25,342 nucleotides of DNA from Synechococcus sp. (GTDB taxonomy: Bacteria; Cyanobacteriota; Cyanobacteriia; Thermostichales; PCC-7336): assembly GCA_051439425.1 (NCBI GenBank), contig JBFRWD010000076.1:1-25342 (forward strand), in the 5' to 3' direction. Shown here piece after piece: positions 18,859 to 25,342 of the stretch (within the stretch, counting starts at the first letter, position 1; each line of letters starts with the position of its first letter). A program made the translations under genes and the position numbers. Below the pieces are notes generated by a model. That model saw nothing but the letters and a program-made list of their open reading frames with translations, had not been told where the DNA came from and did not search any database.

Positions 18859-20259
18859 CTACGTTTTCCAGACAATGCTCCTGCGAGTCAGCCAGCGTAC
18901 GATCGCTGCTGTCAACCAAACCGTAGCCACGGCATAGGCCACCTGAATCCAGACGGGTAAACCGTTTACCCAGCCATCGATTCCCACCAACGCCAAGATC
19001 GGCACTGCCAAATTCGCTAACGCCACATAAGCAATCATGGGGTTTTGTCCATTGGCGATCGCCAGCGAAAACAGCCGTACCCCCCCCAACTGATGAATCG
19101 CGATCGTGCAAGCAATCAGGAGCAAAACAGCTAACCCAGAACAGACAAAGAAGTAACTGAGCGTCGGTGGATCTTTCTTGATCCCCATCTCGTAGGGCTC
19201 CAAAAACAATCCCGTACCCAGCCAGATCGCGCCCCAGCGGTACCAGTCTGCTATCAGCCGTTCTTTTGTGCCCTCCGGTCGGCTCAGCAGTACCCAGCCA
19301 GCCACTGCCAATCCCGCACACACCAACAGCCACGCGATTCCCCACCGTTCCTGCAATCCCACGACCACTGCAACTGCTAAGATCACCTGCGTTACCGCGA
19401 TCGCCCGCAGTCGCCCATCTCTCCATCTCCTTAGATATTGGAGTTTGTCAAAACTCTGCAGCCAGCGATCGCCCACCAACGTCCCGGGAATCACCAGTGC
19501 CAAATAGGTCAAATACTCCCATCGAAACAGCCAGGGAACTGGCGTCCAACTCCATACCTGCTGCACCCAGCTAGCCTCCGTCCCCCCCAACCGCATCGCC
19601 AACAACAATCCCAAGAACCCCAGCCGTACCGCCGGGCGATCGCGCGTGCACACCCACACCAAGCCCCCAGCCACCGCCGCATTGGTCAACAAAATTAAAA
19701 TGATGTCGCTGCGAGCCAGCGAAAACCCACTGCCATCGGGATAGCGCAATATAGCCAGCAGACCCGCCAGTAGCGCCCAGCCAATACCGCGGACAACCCA
19801 GCGAACCTTCACGGCCATGCGATTGGGCAAGCGGCCAAACGTTGGGAACAGCAAGCAAAAGCCCAGCAATGCGATCCCATATGTAGAGGCAGTCGGAGCG
19901 TCAGATAGAACCAATGGCCGCAGGTGTTGTACCGCGATCGCAAACACCCCTAACGTCACTCCCCGAGCCAGCACCCGTACCCCCAACTGCCAGTCCGAAT
20001 CTCCGCGTTTCACCCGCCGAGACAGTGCCAGCGGAATAGACATCCCCAATGCAAACAGGAAGAAGGGAAAGACCACATCCACCCAGGTAATGCCGGGAAT
20101 CGTGGGGGCAAAGATGTGTTCGGGAGGGGGCACTTGGGCGTGATACATCCAGTCGGGCAGCACGCCGTAAGGGACTGCAGCCGAAAGCAACATGCCTACA
20201 ATGGCGATGCCCCGCAGTGCATCCAGCCCGAGACATCTGCGAGTGGGGGGTGGAGACAT
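18859..20259 (-). CDS. DUF5009/NagX-like (HGSNAT-related) multi-pass membrane protein
   Basis: LDALRGIAI.GM, WMYHAQVPPP, GITWVDVVFPFFLF..G..IP, GIKKDPPTLSY, GQNPMIAY, C-terminal WKT; likely start ATG 20259. Confidence 0.8.
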   Translation of the reverse strand: MSPPPTRRCLGLDALRGIAIVGMLLSAAVPYGVLPDWMYHAQVPPPEHIFAPTIPGITWVDVVFPFFLFALGMSIPLALSRRVKRGDSDWQLGVRVLARGVTLGVFAIAVQHLRPLVLSDAPTASTYGIALLGFCLLFPTFGRLPNRMAVKVRWVVRGIGWALLAGLLAILRYPDGSGFSLARSDIILILLTNAAVAGGLVWVCTRDRPAVRLGFLGLLLAMRLGGTEASWVQQVWSWTPVPWLFRWEYLTYLALVIPGTLVGDRWLQSFDKLQYLRRWRDGRLRAIAVTQVILAVAVVVGLQERWGIAWLLVCAGLAVAGWVLLSRPEGTKERLIADWYRWGAIWLGTGLFLEPYEMGIKKDPPTLSYFFVCSGLAVLLLIACTIAIHQLGGVRLFSLAIANGQNPMIAYVALANLAVPILALVGIDGWVNGLPVWIQVAYAVATVWLTAAIVRWLTRRSIVWKT

Positions 20260-20339
20260 AGTCAGACTAATAAGCAAGGAGAATTAATCCGGGTGTACTG
20301 TTGCTTCTCCATCTGCGCCATAAAAGAAAACTCGAAATC

Positions 20340-21191
20340 TTACGAAGTCCCCTTGCCGTCGGTATCCGTTCCCTTCAATGCGGCTCTCGCTTGCTTCACC
20401 AATTGTTTGAATGTCGCTAGCGTCGGATCCTCAGAACCTGGCTCATCCTTGAGCCACAGCAAAAACTCGATATTGCCCGCTGGCCCCGGTGCCGGAGACC
20501 AGGTAGCGCCCCAATAATGCCAGCCTAAGTCTTGGGCTGAATTCAAGACCTTGGCGATCGCCTCTGCCTGCACATTCGGATCTCTTACCACCCCCTTCTT
20601 GCCAATTCGCTCGCGCCCTGCCTCAAATTGAGGCTTCACTAACAACACTGCTTCCCGTGGTGGTTGCAACAACGACCACAATGCCGGAAGCACCTTGGTT
20701 AGAGAAATAAACGACACATCCACCGTCGTCAGCGTGGGCCATCGATCTGCAGGCAACTCCGAACCATACAACTCCTCAGGGGTGAGATGGCGCAGGTTGG
20801 TGCGCTCCTTCACAGTGACGTGATCGTCGGTTTGCAGCGACCAGGCCACTTGCCCGTACCCCACATCAATGCCGTACACGTGCTGGGCACCGTGCTTTAG
20901 CAGGCAGTCCGTGAATCCTCCAGTGGATATTCCTCCATCCAGACAAATGCGATCGCCCACTTCAATCTCAAATACCTGTAATGCTCCCGCCAGTTTCTCT
21001 CCCCCTCGAGAAACGTACGCCGGTCGCTCCTTTACTCGAACAGTAAAATCGCCCGATACTTGCGTACCGGGCTTATCCATAACACGTTCGTCCAGCAGGA
21101 CTTCCCCAGCTTGAATAGCTCGCTGAGCTTGCTGCCGCGACTGGAAGTAGTTGTGTTCGACTAACCAAACATCAAGTCGTTGCCGGGGCAT
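20340..21191 (-). CDS. tlyA: TlyA family rRNA 2'-O-methyltransferase
   Basis: S4-like RLDVWLVE..SRQQAQRAI.AG.V, YVSRGGEKL, DGGISTGGFTDCLL, DVSFISL, LVKPQFEAG, GNIEFL; likely start ATG 21191. Confidence 0.93.
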   Translation of the reverse strand: MPRQRLDVWLVEHNYFQSRQQAQRAIQAGEVLLDERVMDKPGTQVSGDFTVRVKERPAYVSRGGEKLAGALQVFEIEVGDRICLDGGISTGGFTDCLLKHGAQHVYGIDVGYGQVAWSLQTDDHVTVKERTNLRHLTPEELYGSELPADRWPTLTTVDVSFISLTKVLPALWSLLQPPREAVLLVKPQFEAGRERIGKKGVVRDPNVQAEAIAKVLNSAQDLGWHYWGATWSPAPGPAGNIEFLLWLKDEPGSEDPTLATFKQLVKQARAALKGTDTDGKGTS

Positions 21192-21233
21192 AGGTTCGCC
21201 AGACTCATCGAGAACAGAAGCCCGATAATCGTA

Positions 21234-21289
21234 GCCGAAATCCAGATGCCGAAATCTAGAGGCAAAAAACAAGATGCCGAAATCTAGAG
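21234..21289. repeat. 14-bp-period tandem repeat between apcF and tlyA
   Basis: GCCGAAATCCAGAT / GCCGAAATCTAGAG / GCAAAAAACAAGAT / GCCGAAATCTAGAG; includes the exact 18-mer AGATGCCGAAATCTAGAG at 21244 and 21272. Confidence 0.75.
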
Positions 21290-21296
21290 ACCAGAA

Positions 21297-21800
21297 CTAG
21301 ATATTGGTCTCGCTTAGCTCCGCAGCCATATATTCAAACGGTGCTGCCACAACCGTTACATCGGCACCTTCATCCAAGAGCGCAATAACTTCGTCCTTCA
21401 TGCGCTCGATGCTTTGAACGATCGGGCCTAGAGGTACACCCAAAGAATTGTAGGTCTCGCGCAGGCCAGCCAGTACGCGCACATCCAGAACATCGTTGCT
21501 ACCCGACACCAGGGCGTAAGTAGCGTAGCGCAAGAAGTAATCCATATCGCGCAGGCAAGCGGCGTAGCGGCGAGTGGTGTAGGCATTTCCGCCGGGACGC
21601 AGCAGGTCGGGAACGTCGGTGAACAACTGCGCTGCAGCACCTTTAACGATGGCAGTGGCATTCAGATTAATGGCTCGCACCGCCTGGATGCGGGTGGTAC
21701 CGGATTGAAAGTAGGACTTTAGAGAGTCAATCGCAGCGGAGTCGAGGTAACGACCAACGCGATCGTAATTCTGAACAATAGTGGCGACAGCATCGCGCAT
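21297..21800 (-). CDS. apcF: Allophycocyanin beta-18 subunit
   Basis: MRDAV...YD..GRYLD, LLRPGGNAYTTRRYAACLRDMDYFLRYA (chromophore Cys), GLRETYNSLGVP; MRDAV start and PGGNAY typical of ApcF. Confidence 0.92.
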   Translation of the reverse strand: MRDAVATIVQNYDRVGRYLDSAAIDSLKSYFQSGTTRIQAVRAINLNATAIVKGAAAQLFTDVPDLLRPGGNAYTTRRYAACLRDMDYFLRYATYALVSGSNDVLDVRVLAGLRETYNSLGVPLGPIVQSIERMKDEVIALLDEGADVTVVAAPFEYMAAELSETNI

Positions 21801-22025
21801 GTCTCGGTATCTCCCAGCTTTTTATCGGTTGTGGCGCTTTAAAAAGGCTGCGCAGATGGCTTAGCAACCTGCTAAACAAATCCAGTCGCAACCACAGTAA
21901 ATTTGCCTCAAAGTCTATCACGGGGGTGAGACGGCTTCTGATGACTGTTACGAGAGTTTGCGAAATCAGCGATCGCCCCAGCCGATCTTCCACATGGTAG
22001 ATACCCCCATACCCCCCTGCAAGAC

Positions 22026-22871
22026 TCAGGGGGACGCCTTTATTTCAGAAAGAAAGCTGGCGACCGTCTCAAACACAATCTCCCGTTCGACATCGAGGGG
22101 AATGATGTGGTCGGATTCAGGCAACCAGACGAGTTCTTTCTCCGCAGACGCGAGTGTGTCATATAGATATCGAGCGCCAGAGGGATCGACAACGCGATCG
22201 CGCTCGGCCTGCATAATCAGCGTCGGTATCGTGATGTTCGGTATAGCAGGTTTGGTGTGGGTTTCGATCAGCTCGATCGCGCTGCGAACGGCGAACATAT
22301 TAAAGCTTTGGAAGAACGCTGCTTGGGATGCGGCCCGTTCCATCTGGCGATCGCGGATGGGTAGCGACAGGCGGGGCACCTGTTCAATGACTCGTCCGAT
22401 GGTTTGGACGTAGGTTTCTAGTGGAAAGCCGTAGTACCAGTGGTAGCGAATGGTGAGGTAGGGGCTGAGCATTACCAAGCGATCGATGACAGCTTCAGAG
22501 GGCCCGACATCAGAGGGATCCACTTCAGTTTGCGTTTGGTTCGCTAAGTGCAGCGCCAGCGGACAGCCGGTGGAGAAACTAACCACCGAGATGGATGAGT
22601 AGGAACGGGCCAAGTCACGATAGGTGTCGAGAATATGGCCGTACCATTCTTGCCAGGTGGAGCGCGGCATGAACATGGCGGGGCGATCGTGGCCGGGGTA
22701 GTTAATCCCGCAAACGGTTAACCCTTGTTGGTATAAGACATCGGCGATTAGCTGCATTTCGTAAACGCCCCCACCCAATCCGTGCAGAAGTAAGCAGGCA
22801 CGAGATCCGGGCTGGGTACGCAAGAAGGGCTCGTTTTTAAGGGCGATCGCGGTCATGGCAGCCATCTCCAA
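22026..22871 (-). CDS. Alpha/beta-hydrolase, carboxylesterase/monoacylglycerol lipase-like
   Basis: LLLHGLGG, YPGH, nucleophile elbow SFSTG, PTLIMQAERDRVV (Asp), SDHII (His); start may be a few codons downstream. Confidence 0.85.
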   Translation of the reverse strand: MEMAAMTAIALKNEPFLRTQPGSRACLLLHGLGGGVYEMQLIADVLYQQGLTVCGINYPGHDRPAMFMPRSTWQEWYGHILDTYRDLARSYSSISVVSFSTGCPLALHLANQTQTEVDPSDVGPSEAVIDRLVMLSPYLTIRYHWYYGFPLETYVQTIGRVIEQVPRLSLPIRDRQMERAASQAAFFQSFNMFAVRSAIELIETHTKPAIPNITIPTLIMQAERDRVVDPSGARYLYDTLASAEKELVWLPESDHIIPLDVEREIVFETVASFLSEIKASP

Positions 22872-22912
22872 ACAACATTTGCGCTTCCCTGTCGCAATTC
22901 GATCTAGAGCTG

Positions 22913-23004
22913 TAGCAATCCGCTGTAAGGTCTAGAGTCGGCTACAGCTCAAAGCCTTAATCTACAAGGAGAAATGATTGGATAATTCTCCAAAGGGGAT
23001 TGCT
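22913..23004. repeat. MITE-like small dispersed repeat, copy 1
   Basis: TAGCAATCCGCTGTAAGG...ACAGCTCAAAGCCTTAAT...TCTCCAAAGGGGATTGCT; termini inverted (AGCAATCC/GGATTGCT); homologous to 24037-24127. Confidence 0.75.
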
Positions 23005-23020
23005 TAAGGTTATCGACTGG

Positions 23021-23944
23021 CTAATCCAGACCTCTTCCAGTCAATTGCATGAAGATATCTTCTAGGTTGGATGGTCGCACCATCAAACCGGTTTTGTCCG
23101 TCTGGGCTTCCATGTACGTTGTTGCTGCCACCAGAGTGGGGAAGAATGTGTGTTCGGTGGCGGTTACTTGCGAGCCCATCTTGTCGGCCAATCCATTACC
23201 GATGACCTGACGTTCGACAATGGCTTCCCCCTGCTGTTGCCGCAGCTCGGTAGGAGAACCTACCGCGATCAACTGCCCGCGATCCATAATGCCAATCCGA
23301 TCGCAGAGAGTTTCTGCTTCTTCCATGTAGTGGGTGGTAAGCAGGATGGTCATGCCCCGCGAATTCAAATTGCGAATGATATCCCACAACAGTCGGCGGG
23401 CCTGGGGGTCGAGTCCAACAGTGGGTTCGTCCAAAAACAAAATATCGGGATCGTGCAGTAAAGCCCGAGCAATTTGCAGGCGACGTTTCATCCCCCCCGA
23501 CAGTGTTTTCACCAAGTCGTCGCGTCTTTCGGACAGTTCGACATAGCTCAACCAGCGATCGATGCCTTCCTGCCGGGTTTGTCGCGGAATATGATGCAGC
23601 CGCCCGTGAAATTCTAGGTTCTCCCAGACGGTGCGATCGCTATTCAGGCTAATGGGCTGCACCACGACGCCAATCGCTGCCCGCACTTGAATCTGCTGGC
23701 GCACGATGTCCATCCCCTGAATGTGGATTGCTCCCGAACTGGGCTTTGTCAGAGTGGTTAGCATCCGTACGGTTGTCGACTTGCCCGCACCGTTTGGTCC
23801 CAGCAGGCCAAAGAGTTCTCCAGTACGGATGGACAAGCTTAAATCCTTCACCACCGGTTGCTCTCCAAACCGCTTTTCAACACGATCCAGAGCAATTGCT
23901 GTTGTGACTTGGGTGGAGGACGGACGGGCTGAGGTGACAGACAC
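23021..23944 (-). CDS. ABC transporter ATP-binding protein (DrrA/NodI-like exporter type)
   Basis: GPNGAGKST, LSGGMKRRL, LFLDEPT.GLDP, TTHYMEEA, NLEDIFMQLTG. Confidence 0.93.
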   Translation of the reverse strand: MSVTSARPSSTQVTTAIALDRVEKRFGEQPVVKDLSLSIRTGELFGLLGPNGAGKSTTVRMLTTLTKPSSGAIHIQGMDIVRQQIQVRAAIGVVVQPISLNSDRTVWENLEFHGRLHHIPRQTRQEGIDRWLSYVELSERRDDLVKTLSGGMKRRLQIARALLHDPDILFLDEPTVGLDPQARRLLWDIIRNLNSRGMTILLTTHYMEEAETLCDRIGIMDRGQLIAVGSPTELRQQQGEAIVERQVIGNGLADKMGSQVTATEHTFFPTLVAATTYMEAQTDKTGLMVRPSNLEDIFMQLTGRGLD

Positions 23945-24036
23945 TGGCAGATTGGGGATGAACGGCGATCGCCGGAGAGAGTGTTTTGACGAACGGGGGC
24001 TTGACCACCCAACTCAAAACTATCTACGACTATTTA

Positions 24037-24127
24037 TAGCAATCCGCTGTAAGGCCTGGAGTGTGGAGACAGCTGAAAGCCTTGATACAAAACAAAAGTG
24101 GTTCGGAAAGTCTCCATAGCGGATTGC
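24037..24127. repeat. MITE-like small dispersed repeat, copy 2
   Basis: TAGCAATCCGCTGTAAGG...ACAGCTGAAAGCCTTGAT...TCTCCATAGCGGATTGC; TIR GCAATCCGCTGT vs ATAGCGGATTGC (11/12 complementary). Confidence 0.8.
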
Positions 24128-24274
24128 CGAATGCTATCTCTACGACTATTCCAGATGAGCGAGTGTTTTGTCAGACTGATGTATGGGACAACGTTGCTCG
24201 ACTAGAGCCAAATCCCTTTTGCAGCTCATCCTTCATGCAGCCCGCTACCTAGCGTTTACGGGAGCTAGTAAGAT

Positions 24275-24826
24275 TTACGCTCCCTCTACGTCATCCATCG
24301 GTTCTTCCAGCTCAGTGCTGTCAGTTTCCCCCTGGCGACCCTCTAGCGACAGGGCTAATTGAGTGTCATCCAGCCGATCCACTTCATAATATTGATGAAA
24401 CTTATCCGTCACCCTCAACACGGATGAACGACTTGTTGGCTGTCGTTGCTTGCTGACAAAGCCTTTGCGCACCAATTCGATGACGTGTTGATAGGCCCCT
24501 CCCCCTCGCAACTCGACCAACTCGGATTGTAGGAGCGGGCCGCGCAGGGCGATCGCCGCCAGTGTCCGGGTTGCCGCCAAGCCAATTTCGGGAGGCAAGA
24601 TATCCGTCACCATTGACATAAACGGATCGCGCAGTTGCAAGGCAAACCCGTTCTCGACTTCCAAGACTTCCAGGGCCGAATCTCGGTGGGCGTAATCCTC
24701 CATGAGTTCCAGCAGGGCGTCGTAGGCATCCTCGCGATCGCAGGCTGCTGTGTCGGCAATTTCCGTTAGCGTCAACGGACGGCCTTTCAAATACAAAATG
24801 GCTTCAATTTGGTTTTTTATTGCCAT
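24275..24826 (-). CDS. scpB: SMC-Scp complex subunit ScpB
   Basis: IEAILYLKGRPLTL.EI, L...Y..RDSALE, RTLAAIALRGP..QSELVELRG.GAY.HV.ELV..GFV, VTDKF..Y. Confidence 0.92.
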   Translation of the reverse strand: MAIKNQIEAILYLKGRPLTLTEIADTAACDREDAYDALLELMEDYAHRDSALEVLEVENGFALQLRDPFMSMVTDILPPEIGLAATRTLAAIALRGPLLQSELVELRGGGAYQHVIELVRKGFVSKQRQPTSRSSVLRVTDKFHQYYEVDRLDDTQLALSLEGRQGETDSTELEEPMDDVEGA

Positions 24827-24848
24827 TACCTAGACTCATCACCCCACC

Positions 24849-25057
24849 CAATCACAGGCCACCACTACCGCCACCTTGCTATTCCAGCATGGCCATACGC
24901 TCTCTGTGGCCCCAATGGGGATGAGCACGCTCCATCTGGACTAACACTGACTGCCTCAACATTGGTTCCCAACGACTGGCTCGACTCGGTTGGCGTTGCT
25001 AACCGCTGAGGCTCGTTCGAAGCGTTACCGAAAAGAAGGCGATAGTGCCTACTGTCA
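24849..25057 (-). ncRNA. Candidate 6S RNA (ssaA/ssrS-like) with an extra multibranched domain
   Basis: Minus-strand pairing by hand: closing stem CACUAUCGCC/GGCGGUAGUG (10 bp) plus UAGG/CCUG; unpaired 5' bubble; apical rod GCCUCAGC-GGUU...CCAA..CGA/UCG-UUGG-GAACC-GUUGAGGC; GCGGUU...GGAACCA and GGCGGUA motifs recall 6S; TAAAAT -10 just upstream. Confidence 0.55.
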
Positions 25058-25060
25058 GCG

Positions 25061-25066
25061 ATTTTA
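25061..25066 (-). promoter_or_regulatory. Putative -10 box (TAAAAT) for the structured RNA
   Basis: TAAAAT preceded by TGTGTT, about 6-7 nt before the first paired nucleotides of the predicted RNA. Confidence 0.45.
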
Positions 25067-25342
25067 AACACAAGTTACTGTGGCTGGCATTTCTCTAACT
25101 AAACTCAAGCCAGTCTGCGCTGAACGAGTTAAGTAAACTCGCAACATAAATCAACAGAAGCTTGCGCCAGCGATCGAGAAGCTCAGTGGTTATCGACATT
25201 CCTTTTTCTGGTTTTATAACCTTTCAATCAAAAGTAGTAGCGGCTTGCTTCTCATCAGAATTTTGCTTTTCTTTATGCTTGCAATTCGAGCGTATTCTGC
25301 TTTGCGGTCATTGTGACTATTCGCTCGTCTATGTATCTCTAC

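Noticed and set aside
25214..25342. Possible 3' end of a minus-strand gene running off the window
   Set aside because: Only ~42 codons visible, with no recognisable motif

Overview
Cyanobacterial chromosomal segment: HIP1 octamers (GCGATCGC) occur throughout, alongside phycobilisome genes nblA, nblB and apcF. Most of the window is core genome: rlpA, hpt, pyrG, rbp, nei, an XPB-like helicase, tlyA, apcF, an ABC ATPase and scpB. The standout is a three-gene operon between nblA and nblB. It encodes an Azospirillum-type phenylpyruvate/indolepyruvate decarboxylase, an aldehyde dehydrogenase, and an amino-acid dehydrogenase whose pocket residues point to a hydrophobic/aromatic substrate rather than glutamate. 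Together these could form a complete amino acid -> 2-oxo acid -> aldehyde -> acid route (candidate PAA/IAA auxin or N-salvage pathway). Also present: a ~205-nt highly structured RNA upstream of scpB resembling 6S RNA with an extra multibranched domain, a 45-aa basic ORF missing from the ORF track, two ~92-bp MITE-like repeats bracketing the ABC ATPase gene, a decayed ~1.5-kb IS, an IS4 transposase remnant, and several structured intergenic elements. All calls come from motif recognition and pairing by eye; no searches or folding programs were run.
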